Counted from the first letter of the stretch, positions 7,054 to 17,154 are shown. The stretch is DNA of 64,000 nucleotides from an uncultured Clostridia bacterium (GCA_947643225.1 CANRVH010000002.1:9628-73627), one strand, 5' to 3'. A program made the numbers and translations. The notes: generated by a model not told the origin, from the letters alone.

Positions 7054-7212
7054 CTAATGATAGTCTGAACTGCCCCTACATCCGCTTCCAGAAAATAAGA
7101 AGAAGAGTATAAATACAATTATAATTATCCAAAGCCAACTAGAGCCAAAACCATCATTATTGTTGTTATTACAATAAGGATAACAACAAACAGGATATCC
7201 GTATGTATACAT
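7054..7212 (-). CDS. YjcZ-family small sporulation-associated membrane peptide (52 aa)
   Basis: Hand-translated MYTYGYPVCCYPYCNNNNNDGFGSSWLWIIIIVFILFFLFSGSGCRGSSDYH. It has the Gly/Tyr/Cys-rich N-terminus plus single TM typical of the YjcZ family. RBS AAAGGAGA. Absent from the ORF track because it is under 60 aa. Confidence 0.5.
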   Translation of the reverse strand: MYTYGYPVCCYPYCNNNNNDGFGSSWLWIIIIVFILFFLFSGSGCRGSSDYH

Positions 7213-7387
7213 AGATTCAATTCTCCTTTCATTATAGTATATTACAAAAACGAATAAGATAATATAATAGACACCTATAAGAATGAAATACTTTTTTATG
7301 AGAAGATAAATTTAATATTAAAAACGATAATTATGGAAACAACTAATAAACTTTTTTTTCATGTCCATACTAATACTAGGTGATGAA

Positions 7388-8317
7388 ATGAAAATAAGAC
7401 TAGGCTATGCCTGTATTAGTGAAACATTAACCAAGGTGACCTCATCTAGCAATTATACCTATACAGCCTATCAAAAAGAAAAGAATAACTTAAAATTAGA
7501 CCAAATTATCATCTCTAATTTTTTAGATTTAGAAAAAATACTAACTTACAACATCAAAAATAATATCCATTTTTATCGCTTATCCTCAAATATTATTCCT
7601 TTAGCAACAAAAAAAGAAGTTGATTTTGACTATTTAGAACCTTATCAAATTTATTATAAAAGAATAGGTGCATTAATTAATAACCATCACCTAAGAGTAG
7701 ACTTTCATATTAGTGAATACTGTGTTTTAAATAGTGTAAATCAAGAAGTAGTCGAAAATAGTATAGAAATATTAAAATATCATTACCAATTACTGGAAGC
7801 TTTCGAAATAAAAAATAAAGTACTAATTATGCACATAGGAAGCAATGCATTTGGAAAAAAGAACTCTCTTGCTAGATTTATCCATAACTTTAAAAGTCTT
7901 CCAAAATACTTGCAAGAATGTATTGTAATAGAAAATGATGATAAGACATTTACCATAGAAGATTGTCTTAATTTAAGTAAGCAGTTAAAGATACCAGTAT
8001 GCTTTGATTATCATCATTTTAAATGCAATGAAAGTTCCCTTAGTTATGAAAAGATCATTCAAAGTTGGAAAACAACGCCAAAAATGCATTTTTCTTCTCC
8101 AAAAAGTAAATTAAAAAAAGAGTTTAGAAGTCATCATGATTATATCAATAGTGACGACTTTATTATATTTCTAAATGAAATCAAACATCTAAATTGTGAT
8201 ATTGATATTATGATAGAAGCCAAGAAAAAAGATGAAGCTTTATTTCGTCTAGTTAGAGAATTAAAATATAAAACAAATTATCAGTTTATTGATGAAACAA
8301 CATTAATTATTAAGTAA
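7388..8317 (+). CDS. uvsE: UV damage endonuclease UvdE/UvsE
   Basis: MKIRLGYACISETL N-terminus, ~310 aa, TIM-barrel endonuclease pattern. ATG at 7388 follows AGGTGA; the track ORF start at 7361 is probably too early. Confidence 0.65.
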   Translation: MKIRLGYACISETLTKVTSSSNYTYTAYQKEKNNLKLDQIIISNFLDLEKILTYNIKNNIHFYRLSSNIIPLATKKEVDFDYLEPYQIYYKRIGALINNHHLRVDFHISEYCVLNSVNQEVVENSIEILKYHYQLLEAFEIKNKVLIMHIGSNAFGKKNSLARFIHNFKSLPKYLQECIVIENDDKTFTIEDCLNLSKQLKIPVCFDYHHFKCNESSLSYEKIIQSWKTTPKMHFSSPKSKLKKEFRSHHDYINSDDFIIFLNEIKHLNCDIDIMIEAKKKDEALFRLVRELKYKTNYQFIDETTLIIK

Positions 8318-8351
8318 ATTATGATATACTATTTAACAGGAGGAACTAGAA

Positions 8352-8576
8352 ATGGAAGTAAAAATAAAGGGAATTTATAAGCACTATAAAGGGGATTATT
8401 ACATTGTAGAAGACATTGCTATCCATAGTGAAACATTAGAAAAAATGATTATTTATAGAGGACTATATGAAAATAGTCCTCTATGGGTAAGACCCTATTC
8501 TTTATTTTTAGATGAGGTAAATAAAAATAACCAAAAATATAGATTTGAACTCCAAGAAATAAAAAGCAAAAGATAA
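8352..8576 (+). CDS. DUF1653 family protein (intact paralog)
   Basis: YKHYKG..Y.V..IA.HSET.E..V.Y..LY...W.RP...F...V.....RFEL pattern. RBS AGGAGG. Confidence 0.6.
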   Translation: MEVKIKGIYKHYKGDYYIVEDIAIHSETLEKMIIYRGLYENSPLWVRPYSLFLDEVNKNNQKYRFELQEIKSKR

Positions 8577-8625
8577 GTGTAATAATAAAACAAAATTACT
8601 TCTATAATTGAATAGAGGTGATTTT

Positions 8626-9255
8626 TTGTATCAGTTAGAAAAGCTAAATTATTTATATCAGGATATCGAACCATATATTGATACTCACACAATGGCATTA
8701 CATTATAATAAGCATACGAAAAAATATTTAAACAATCTTAATGAATTACTCATAAAAAACAAATTCAATTTTTCCATTAGTATGGAAGATCTTGCTAAGG
8801 AAATCAATAAATATAGTTTTGAAGATCAAGATAGTATTCTCTTTAATTTAGGAGGAGTATTAAATCATCAACTATACTTCCAATGTATATCAGAAAAGAA
8901 AAAAGATCCTGAAGGAATATTAAGAAAAGACCTAATTGAAAAATATGGATCAATTCCAGCATTTATAAATGAGTTGATCAAAACAGCAATGAAATTAAGA
9001 GGAAGTGGATATACCTTTTTAGAGATGGACGAGAATAACAATTTAATCATCAAAAATAGAAAAGATCAAGATAGCCCATTATTTACTAAAAACATTCCTC
9101 TTTTCACTGTAGATCTATGGGAACATGCTTATTATATTAATAATGAAAATGATAAAGAAAAATATCTAAAAAATTTTTTTGAAGTATCAGATTTTACTTA
9201 TGCAAATAAAATTTATGAACAACAAAAAATGACTAATGAATCTTCTATTCGTTAA
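8626..9255 (+). CDS. sodA: Fe/Mn superoxide dismutase
   Basis: N-terminal YLYQDIEPYIDTHTMALHYNKH, then GGVLNHQLYF and DLWEHAYY. All four metal ligands (H, H, D, H) are present. Probable TTG start at 8626 after GAGGTG; the ORF is open from 8608. Confidence 0.7.
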   Translation: MYQLEKLNYLYQDIEPYIDTHTMALHYNKHTKKYLNNLNELLIKNKFNFSISMEDLAKEINKYSFEDQDSILFNLGGVLNHQLYFQCISEKKKDPEGILRKDLIEKYGSIPAFINELIKTAMKLRGSGYTFLEMDENNNLIIKNRKDQDSPLFTKNIPLFTVDLWEHAYYINNENDKEKYLKNFFEVSDFTYANKIYEQQKMTNESSIR

Positions 9256-9832
9256 TCATTTTTTTAATAGTCCTATAAAGAAAAGGTTTAAACTCTTCCA
9301 TTGCTATTGGCTTGTTTTTAGTAATGACGCTAAAACAGGTAGAGCCAACTAGTTCAATAATCATAAATAAAGTAATATCAGGATTTTCAAGTTTAATATT
9401 ATTTTCCTTTACCCCTTTTAAAAATAAATCTTTCACTCCCAAATTATTTTCATCAATAATCTCTGATATTCGATCACTATAAAGTCCAAAAGACAAATTT
9501 CTAGAAATAAATTTTAATAAATGCTGATTCTTAATTAATTCGTCAATAACATCATTAATAATAAAAATAATCTCTTCATCAAATTCCTTCTTCTTCTCTT
9601 GCTCAAGTTTTTCTAGGGCATGATGAAACAATTCATAAGATTGTTTAATAATTAACTGTTCTTGAAGGTCATACTTATCCTTAAAATATAAATAAAAAGT
9701 CCCTTTAGCAACACCAGCACGATCAACAATTTCCTGAATAGAAGTATTTTCTGTTCCTTTCTGTTGAAATAAAAAAAATCCTTCTTTTAAAATTTTTTCT
9801 CTTTTTTCATTTTTTCCATTAAAAACATTCAT
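9245..9832 (-). CDS. TetR/AcrR family transcriptional regulator
   Basis: N-terminal HTH TENTSIQEIVDRAGVAKGTFYLYFKDK. Divergent from the MMPL transporter gene. Confidence 0.8.
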   Translation of the reverse strand: MNVFNGKNEKREKILKEGFFLFQQKGTENTSIQEIVDRAGVAKGTFYLYFKDKYDLQEQLIIKQSYELFHHALEKLEQEKKKEFDEEIIFIINDVIDELIKNQHLLKFISRNLSFGLYSDRISEIIDENNLGVKDLFLKGVKENNIKLENPDITLFMIIELVGSTCFSVITKNKPIAMEEFKPFLYRTIKKMINE

Positions 9833-9962
9833 AAAATTCTTCCTTTTCTTATATAAATTATAGAACAGAAAAAACGGTTAGTCAATTTTTTAATCCCATA
9901 TTGACTGTTAGTCATTTTTGTGTTATAGTACATACTGACTATTAGTCAGAAAGGAAGATACA

Positions 9963-12038
9963 ATGAAAAAACTTGGAAATCTCGTGTGTAAACATAAATG
10001 GATGATCATAATGGCTACTTTACTTTTAATTATTCCCTCTCTAATAGGAATGGAAAAAACAAAGATTAATTATGATATTCTAGTTTATTTACCAGAAGAT
10101 ATCGAAACCTTAAAAGGAGAGAAAATTTTAACAGAAGATTTTAATATGGGAGCTTTCTCTATTACTATAGTTGAAAATATGGCTAGTAAAGACCTCTTGT
10201 CTTTAGAGGAGAAAATAAAAGAAATAAAAGGAGTAGATAAGGTCGTAAGTATTCATGATATAACAGGAACGACTATTCCAATAGAATTATTACCTAAAAA
10301 TATTCGAGAAAAAGTAGTCAAAAAAGATTCTGAATTAATGTTAATTACATTTAATCAATCAACTAGTGATGAGATTACTTTATCTTCAGTTGAAGAAATA
10401 CGCTCTTTAACAGAAGATACTTGTAAAATAGGAGGAATGAGTTCTATGGTTCTAGATACAAAAGAACTATTTAACAGTGAAATGACTCTCTATATTGCAA
10501 TAGCAGTAGTATTATGCATTTTTGTATTATTATTTTCTCTAGACTCTTATTTAGTACCATTTTTACTCATTTTAAATATTGGTATTGCAATTTTATTAAA
10601 TATGGGAACAAATATCTTTTTTAAAGAAATATGCTATATTACAAAAGCAATTAGTTCGGTATTGCAATTAGGAGTAACAACAGACTTTTCCATATTTCTA
10701 TATCATAAATATAAACAGGCAAAAAAGAAAAGTAAAGATAAGAATAAAGCCATGAGTAAGGCAATTTATGATACTTTAGTGAGTGTCTTTGGAAGTTCTT
10801 TAACAACAATAGCTGGTTTTCTTGCGCTATGTACGATGAATTTAACCCTAGGAAAAGATATCGGTATTGTTATGGCAAAAGGAGTTTTATTTGGACTTAT
10901 TTGTGTTGTTACACTGTTTCCGGCCTTACTATTAATCTTTGATAAACAAATCGAAAAAACGACTCATAAAGAATGGTTACCCAATTTTACTAAGGCAAAA
11001 GAATTTGTCATAAAACACTATAAAGTAATATTTGTCTTGTTTTTCATTTTATTAATTCCAGCCTATCTTAGTCAAGGTAAAACAAAGGTTTATTATAATT
11101 TAGATCAATCCATTCCAGATAATTATCAATATACTAAGGCAACAAAAGCACTAAAAAAAGATTATGGGATCGTATCTCAAGAAATTATATTGGTCAATCA
11201 GAAAATGAAAAATTCCACTATGAATCAAATGGTTTCAGAAATAAAAAAAGTAGAAGGAGTAGATGCTGTTATTAGTCCCTCTATTCTTACAAAATATGGC
11301 ATAAACGATAATTTGTTAAATGATGAGATCAAAAAGATTTATGAAACAGATAAGTACAAAATGGTTTTAATCAGCTCTAAATATGAAATTGCAACTAGTA
11401 AGTTAAATAAACAAATTAAAGAGATTCAAAAGATAGTAGATAAATATGATAAAAAGGCCATCATTGCTGGAGAAGGACCGCTAATGAACGACTTAGTGGC
11501 AATAACAGATGAAGACTTTCATAATGTCAATTATACTTCAATTATTATTATCTTTATTTTGATGATTATGGTTTTAAAGTCTATTTCACTTCCAATTATC
11601 CTAGTTACCATTATTGAGTTTGCAATTTTCGTTAATATGGGAATTCCCTATTTTACCGATACAACTCTACCATTTATTGCTTCCGTCGTAATTGGGACAA
11701 TTCAACTAGGAGCAACGATTGATTATGCCATTTTAATGACCACAAAATATTTAGAAGAACGAAAAAATGGAAAAAACAAATTTGAAGCTACTCGTAGTAG
11801 TTTAGATCACTCCATTAGTTCAATTTTTGTTAGTGGAATGTGTTTCTTTGCAGCAACAATAGGGGTAGGAGTAGTTTCTAAAATAGATATGATTGCCTCA
11901 CTATGTACCTTAATATCAAGAGGAGCAATAATCAGTATGATTGTTGTCATTACTGTAGTACCTGCATTCTTACTTGTTTTTGATTCATTAATTTGTAAAA
12001 CAACAAGAGGCTTTAAAAAGGAGGAAAAAGAAAGATGA
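9963..12038 (+). CDS. MMPL-family (RND superfamily) membrane transporter
   Basis: 691 aa with two blocks of ~6 TM helices separated by soluble domains. Next to a divergent TetR gene. Confidence 0.7.
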   Translation: MKKLGNLVCKHKWMIIMATLLLIIPSLIGMEKTKINYDILVYLPEDIETLKGEKILTEDFNMGAFSITIVENMASKDLLSLEEKIKEIKGVDKVVSIHDITGTTIPIELLPKNIREKVVKKDSELMLITFNQSTSDEITLSSVEEIRSLTEDTCKIGGMSSMVLDTKELFNSEMTLYIAIAVVLCIFVLLFSLDSYLVPFLLILNIGIAILLNMGTNIFFKEICYITKAISSVLQLGVTTDFSIFLYHKYKQAKKKSKDKNKAMSKAIYDTLVSVFGSSLTTIAGFLALCTMNLTLGKDIGIVMAKGVLFGLICVVTLFPALLLIFDKQIEKTTHKEWLPNFTKAKEFVIKHYKVIFVLFFILLIPAYLSQGKTKVYYNLDQSIPDNYQYTKATKALKKDYGIVSQEIILVNQKMKNSTMNQMVSEIKKVEGVDAVISPSILTKYGINDNLLNDEIKKIYETDKYKMVLISSKYEIATSKLNKQIKEIQKIVDKYDKKAIIAGEGPLMNDLVAITDEDFHNVNYTSIIIIFILMIMVLKSISLPIILVTIIEFAIFVNMGIPYFTDTTLPFIASVVIGTIQLGATIDYAILMTTKYLEERKNGKNKFEATRSSLDHSISSIFVSGMCFFAATIGVGVVSKIDMIASLCTLISRGAIISMIVVITVVPAFLLVFDSLICKTTRGFKKEEKER

Positions 12039-13825
12039 AAAGAAATAGAAAAAAAATAGCAGTAATATCTACTGCCTTAATAATTACACTATCTTGCAAT
12101 AAGGTAGATGCATTAACAAAAGATGAAACAGTATTTGGCAAGCTAGATTCAACAGGTAAAGTAAAAAATATTATTGTAAATGAACATTTATCTTGTACAG
12201 AACAAAATAGTAAGACAATAGAAGATGTAACTAATCTTAAAAATATCTTAAATATCAATGGTGATGAAAAATATCAATTAAAAGATAACTACTTAACTTT
12301 TAATAATGAAAATAACGAAATATATTATAGTGGAGATACTAATCAAGAACTACCAATTAAGATGAACATCACATATAGTCTTAATGGCAAAGAAATATCT
12401 TTAAAAAAGCTTTTAGGTAGAAAAGGAAAAGTTCAAATTAAGATTCATTATACGAATGAATCTAGTAAAATAGTAGCTGTAAATGGGAAGAACAAAACAC
12501 TATATACACCATTTGTTGTTACATTAGGAACAATAATTCCAACAGAAAAGGTATCTAATGTTAAAGTAAATAATGGAAAGGTAATATCTAATGGTAGTAA
12601 TCACATAGTAGTTGCTTTAGCAACACCAGGATTAAGCGATAGCCTAAATTCACCTAACCTTGAAGGAATGGATGATATTATAATTTCCTATGATACTGAT
12701 GATTTTAGCCTAAATAGTCTATATTCCGTAGTCAGTCCAAAACTAATTGATCAGGATGACCTTATTATTTTTGATAAACTAGATACAGTATATAGTCGTA
12801 TTGATACTTTAACAACTTCAACCAATCAATTAATTGAGGGAAGTAATAATTTAATGAATGGATTAATAGAGTATCACACAAAATATAAAGAATATCAGAA
12901 TGGAATGAAAAATTTATTAGAGGGTTCAAATACCTTGACAGTAGGCTATCAAAAGCTAGATGATGGTATTCAAATATTAAATAGTAATATTACAAAGATA
13001 GAAAACCTAGTAATAGGATTAGAACAATTATCTAATGGCCTAAATACTCTAAATCAAAAATCCACAGAATTAGATCAATTATCAACAAATATTATCCCCA
13101 TAGTAATAGGTTTACTTGACAGTAATGAAGGAAAAACATTAATATCAAGAAAAATCAGTGAAATACAAAATTTAATCAATCAAACTACAACAGCTCTAGG
13201 TCAAGCAACAACAGAAGAAGAAAAAAATAATCTTATAGAACAATTAAAAACTCTTAATATACAAAAACAGGCAATTAGTAATCTATCAACATACTTAAAT
13301 ACAATTAAAGATGGTATCACAGGTATTCACACAGGAATCAATCAAAGTTATACAGGAGTATCAGCAATTACCTCAAATCAAAGTAATATTCAAGAATTAA
13401 TTAATGGATTAAATGCCTTAAGCACAGGAAGTAAGGAATTTCATGAAGGTTTCGATATGTTAAATAGTTCTATATCTACAATAGGTTCCTATACAGAACA
13501 ATTCATGACCGCTAATGAAACGATAGTTGAAGGAAGTAAAAATTTAACAAATGGACTAATCAAGTATAATAATGAAGGAATTAGTAAAATCGTAAGTTAC
13601 ATCAATAAAGATATGAAAGAATTAACGTTAACAATGAAAGAACTAATTAATCTAGGAGAAAATTATTTTACCTATACAATGAAGAAAGAAAGTGATGAAG
13701 GTAGTACCAAATTTATACTTGTAGTAGATGGGGAAAAGAAAATGGAAAAAATTACTCCTAAACAAAAGAAGAAACCAACAAAAAAGACACTGTGGAATAA
13801 AGTAACCGATATATGGAAAAAATAA
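12035..13825 (+). CDS. N-terminally anchored extracytoplasmic repeat protein (YhgE/Pip-like coiled-coil repeats), translationally coupled to the MMPL gene
   Basis: Start ATGA overlaps the MMPL stop. Single N-terminal TM. Repeated L..G...L..G motif (LIEGSNNLMNGLIEY, LLEGSNTLTVGYQKL, IVEGSKNLTNGLIKY). Lys-rich tail. Confidence 0.4.
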   Translation: MKRNRKKIAVISTALIITLSCNKVDALTKDETVFGKLDSTGKVKNIIVNEHLSCTEQNSKTIEDVTNLKNILNINGDEKYQLKDNYLTFNNENNEIYYSGDTNQELPIKMNITYSLNGKEISLKKLLGRKGKVQIKIHYTNESSKIVAVNGKNKTLYTPFVVTLGTIIPTEKVSNVKVNNGKVISNGSNHIVVALATPGLSDSLNSPNLEGMDDIIISYDTDDFSLNSLYSVVSPKLIDQDDLIIFDKLDTVYSRIDTLTTSTNQLIEGSNNLMNGLIEYHTKYKEYQNGMKNLLEGSNTLTVGYQKLDDGIQILNSNITKIENLVIGLEQLSNGLNTLNQKSTELDQLSTNIIPIVIGLLDSNEGKTLISRKISEIQNLINQTTTALGQATTEEEKNNLIEQLKTLNIQKQAISNLSTYLNTIKDGITGIHTGINQSYTGVSAITSNQSNIQELINGLNALSTGSKEFHEGFDMLNSSISTIGSYTEQFMTANETIVEGSKNLTNGLIKYNNEGISKIVSYINKDMKELTLTMKELINLGENYFTYTMKKESDEGSTKFILVVDGEKKMEKITPKQKKKPTKKTLWNKVTDIWKK

Positions 13826-13830
13826 TTTAT

Positions 13831-13878
13831 ACTAAATTGATACACTCGTATTGGGTTAGTATATTTTTTTTGTTTTCT
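13831..13878 (+). terminator. intrinsic terminator (TATACTAA..TTAGTATA + T8)
   Basis: 8-bp stem followed by TTTTTTTT, immediately after the 13825 stop. Confidence 0.5.
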
Positions 13879-13901
13879 AATAAACTAATAGTGGTGATAA
13901 A

Positions 13902-14357
13902 ATGAAAATAAATGTGAAAAAATTAATTTTTTCTATTGTGATAACTTTCATAATAGGAGGATTTTTTGCAATATTTACTAACATGAACTTTTATAAAAAC
14001 CTAAATAAACCATTAGAAGTTCCTGCAATTATTTTTCCAATAGTATGGAGCATTTTATATCTACTAATGGGGATATCTTTATATTTAATTAGTTCTAGTA
14101 ATGATAAAGAAAAAAACAGCTCAATGCTAATTTATTATATTCAGTTAATTGTAAATTCACTATGGACTTTATTCTTCTTTGGATTTAAATGGTTCTTATT
14201 TAGTTTTCTCTGGATCATATTATTAATCATATTAGTATTAATTATGCTTTATCAATTTTACAAAATAAATAAGACTGCTTTTTACATCAATATTCCATAC
14301 TTATTATGGTTATTATTTGCAGCATATTTAAACTTCTCGATTTATAATCTTAATTAG
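13902..14357 (+). CDS. tspO: TspO/MBR family (tryptophan-rich sensory protein)
   Basis: 151 aa, 5 TM. N-terminal NLNKPLEVPAIIFPIVWSILYLLMGISLYL matches the TspO consensus (KP.w.PP..F..vWt.LY..MG). Confidence 0.6.
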   Translation: MKINVKKLIFSIVITFIIGGFFAIFTNMNFYKNLNKPLEVPAIIFPIVWSILYLLMGISLYLISSSNDKEKNSSMLIYYIQLIVNSLWTLFFFGFKWFLFSFLWIILLIILVLIMLYQFYKINKTAFYINIPYLLWLLFAAYLNFSIYNLN

Positions 14358-14687
14358 GCTCTTTAGAGTCTATTTATTATTTAATGAATAATTGAATAAA
14401 AGAAAATAAAAAAACTTTTCACATAAATTGAATAGTAGTAAAATAAAAACATTTTTTATCGAACATTTTAGTTCTAAAAAAGAAAAAGCTTAGCTCCTAT
14501 AAAAAACTTCAAGCTTCTTATTTTAATCTTTGTAAAATTTATTTTAGTTACAGATGTATAAATACATTAAATTTAGTTAACTCCTTTTAATAAAAAATGA
14601 AATTGATAAGATTTAGTTTATATTAAAAGTTAATTTTTAAATAATTAAGATGAAAAAATTATCTCTTAAGTCTAACTAATAGCAATT

Positions 14688-15695
14688 TTACCCTGAATTT
14701 TTTTCATATAACTCCCTTTTTCTTTTTATTTTTTGACTTGTCCTATTTCTTTCTTTATCAAATTCATTTGATAATAAAACAGGATACATAGAGAGAATTT
14801 TATTTGTACCTAAAATTGTTTCTACACGAATATCATTTGTTAAATTTTCATTTACATATCCAATGGGTTTATCCATTCGAAGTGAATAATAATTTACTAA
14901 ATTGAGGTGATTTGGATTTAAATTCGAAATTTTTTCTCTAACTTCATCCAATAGAATATTTAAGTCAAGGCAATTTATGAAATAAGATAATTTTGCATCT
15001 TTACCACCTTTTTTATGATGGGAAATGTGTTTTAATAACGCTGGATCAGAATCCCATAATAGACGGAAAATCCAATATCCACGATTCAAATTTTCTTGAA
15101 TTTCCTGCTCATCCATTTTTCCTAAAAAATAAGAAAAATAAAGTTTCATCTGTTCATAATCCTTAGCTTGATCTGGTTTAAATCTACCAGTTTTCATTGA
15201 CTTAAGAGTTTCGTAACCTTTTTCATAATGATGCTCAATCATATATGAAAAACATTCCTCAAAAAGTCCCTGTGTTATATATTTTTTATCATATTTTAAT
15301 GTATCCAAAATTTTCCTGCCTTGTTTATAATTACCTAATTGAAATTCAAGCCTAGCTAAATTAAGTTTTATACATTGTTTTGAATCATCGTTAATCATCT
15401 GATAATACTTTTTACTTTCCTGATAATTATTTTCGATAGTTTCCAACTTTGCCCAAGCAAGCAGGGTAGTTTCCTCTTTATATTCTGTTAAAATTTTTCT
15501 TGCATGCAAATAATCTCCCATCTTAACATACAAAGATGCTAAGTAATCTACAGATGATGATCTATAGATTGGATCATCTAAAGCCTTTATAAATAATTCA
15601 ATAGCTCTTTTTATATTCTTTGAGTCTTTGGAAAAAGAAACCGCTCTTTCAAATTCCATCTCTTTTCCTCTTTTTCCAAAATTAATCTCTTGCAT
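14688..15695 (-). CDS. TPR-repeat protein
   Basis: Multiple 34-aa TPR-like repeats (ASLYVKMGDYLHARKIL, ARLEFQLGNYKQGRKIL). Confidence 0.55.
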   Translation of the reverse strand: MQEINFGKRGKEMEFERAVSFSKDSKNIKRAIELFIKALDDPIYRSSSVDYLASLYVKMGDYLHARKILTEYKEETTLLAWAKLETIENNYQESKKYYQMINDDSKQCIKLNLARLEFQLGNYKQGRKILDTLKYDKKYITQGLFEECFSYMIEHHYEKGYETLKSMKTGRFKPDQAKDYEQMKLYFSYFLGKMDEQEIQENLNRGYWIFRLLWDSDPALLKHISHHKKGGKDAKLSYFINCLDLNILLDEVREKISNLNPNHLNLVNYYSLRMDKPIGYVNENLTNDIRVETILGTNKILSMYPVLLSNEFDKERNRTSQKIKRKRELYEKNSG

Positions 15696-16115
15696 TTTTA
15701 TCTCTCCCCTTATTTAATTATCTACTTATTCAACCTCCATGTTATCTAATTATTTAGAAAACAAACAAGAATACATATTAAATATCCAAAATTTTCTACT
15801 TTCTTTTAATTTCTTATACTTAAATAAGTTCTAAAAATGTTAAATAACATACTTGATTTTAGATCTTTCTTGTCGCTAGTTGTTCCATTCACATACACAT
15901 AATGCCTCTCTCTTTAACAGAGTGATATTATATCACTTTAAGAAAAAAAAAACAAGAAAAATCGGTCATTATTCACAATCATATTAAAAATGGAAAAAGT
16001 AAGAATTCCAACCGATTTTTAATTAATTCTAAAATCAATTCTTAATAAAAAATCAAAAGATAGTTATAGGACTATAAATAGTAATGAAAAATTATTATTG
16101 TTAATTGAAAATGTT

Positions 16116-16243
16116 TGACATCATATATAGTCTTGTGATAGAATCTAGTTGTTTGAAGCCTCATCTTCAAACCGCATTGAAAAGGTTTAAAAACGATATG
16201 TACCTTAAAAGCGAGTCTTAAGATTTTATAAAGGAGGTAAGTT
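16116..16243 (+). promoter_or_regulatory. rplU promoter plus probable ribosomal-protein L21 leader
   Basis: TTGACA (16116) followed by an extended TGtgaTAGAAT -10. Hairpin GTTTGAAGcctcatCTTCAAAC in the 5' UTR, typical of the Firmicutes L21 leader position. Confidence 0.45.
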
Positions 16244-16546
16244 ATGAACGCTGTTATTAAAGTTGGTGGTAAACAATACTATGTTACTGAAGGTAGCGAA
16301 ATTTTTGTAGAAAAATTAGATGCTAATGTAGGAGATAGTGTAGAGTTTAACCAAGTATTAATGATTGATAGTAAAGTTGGAAGTCCTTATCTTACAGGAG
16401 CTACAGTTATTGGCGAAGTAATAAAAAATGGAAAGCAAAAAAAGATTAGAGTTTTTAAATATAAAAATAAATCAAGATCTAATCGTAAAACACAAGGACA
16501 CAGACAACCATATACTAAAATTAAAATTACTAAAATTAGTGCTTAA
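16244..16546 (+). CDS. rplU: 50S ribosomal protein L21
   Basis: MNAVIKVGGKQYYVTEGSEIFVEKL, 100 aa, RBS AAAGGAGG. Confidence 0.95.
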   Translation: MNAVIKVGGKQYYVTEGSEIFVEKLDANVGDSVEFNQVLMIDSKVGSPYLTGATVIGEVIKNGKQKKIRVFKYKNKSRSNRKTQGHRQPYTKIKITKISA

Positions 16547-16548
16547 TT

Positions 16549-16851
16549 ATGATTTGTGTAAGTGTAGAAAAAGATAGTGCTAAATATAAAAAAATCACTA
16601 TAGATGGTCATGCTATGTATGATGATTATGGTAAAGATATTGTCTGTAGTGCAGTAAGTAGTATAGTAATTACTACTGTAAATGGCATTTTAGCACTAAA
16701 TATTGATAGCATAAGCCATAAAGAAGTAGAGGGTAATGTAGAAATCAATGTAATAAATGAAGATCATACCACTCGTGTATTACTTCAAAATATGCTTAAT
16801 CTTTTAAAAGAATTAGAAAAAAGCTATCCAAATAATATACAAGTAAAGTAA
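16549..16851 (+). CDS. prp: ribosomal-processing cysteine protease Prp (YsxB/DUF464)
   Basis: 100 aa between rplU and rpmA. Conserved His (GHAMY) and Cys (DIVCSAVS) dyad. Confidence 0.85.
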   Translation: MICVSVEKDSAKYKKITIDGHAMYDDYGKDIVCSAVSSIVITTVNGILALNIDSISHKEVEGNVEINVINEDHTTRVLLQNMLNLLKELEKSYPNNIQVK

Positions 16852-16863
16852 GGAGGATGAAAC

Positions 16864-17154
16864 ATGAAATTGATGTTGTTAGATATTCAATTATTCGCTC
16901 ACCATAAAGGACAAGGATCTACATCAAATGGACGTGATTCAGCAGGACGTAGATTAGGAGCAAAAGTTGGAGATGGACAATTTATTAGTGCAGGTTCTAT
17001 TATCTATCGTCAAAGAGGAACCAAAATATATCCAGGCATTAATGTAAGACGTGGAAATGATGATACGTTATATGCAACAATAGATGGTATTGTAAAATTT
17101 GAACGCTTAGGAAGAGATAAAAAACAAGCTTCTGTTTATGAAGTTAACGAATAA
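16864..17154 (+). CDS. rpmA: 50S ribosomal protein L27 with N-terminal pro-peptide
   Basis: [12 protein letters not shown]|[22 protein letters not shown]... The Firmicutes L27 cleavage motif (FA|) is processed by Prp. Confidence 0.95.
   Translation: MKLMLLDIQLFAHHKGQGSTSNGRDSAGRRLGAKVGDGQFISAGSIIYRQRGTKIYPGINVRRGNDDTLYATIDGIVKFERLGRDKKQASVYEVNE

Noticed and set aside
6640-7118. Minus-strand track ORFs 6640-6837 and 6885-7118
   Set aside because: The plus strand carries recognisable gene remnants (CYTH fragment, transposase-like fragment), and the minus strand carries a better-supported YjcZ-like gene at 7054-7212. These two ORFs lack an RBS and have low-complexity composition.
3930-7300. 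Integrative element (prophage/ICE) at tRNA-Ala or tRNA-Arg
   Set aside because: No integrase, recombinase, excisionase or phage structural genes appear near either tRNA. Only a possible transposase fragment is present. The tRNA-adjacent repeats are described as modules rather than att sites.
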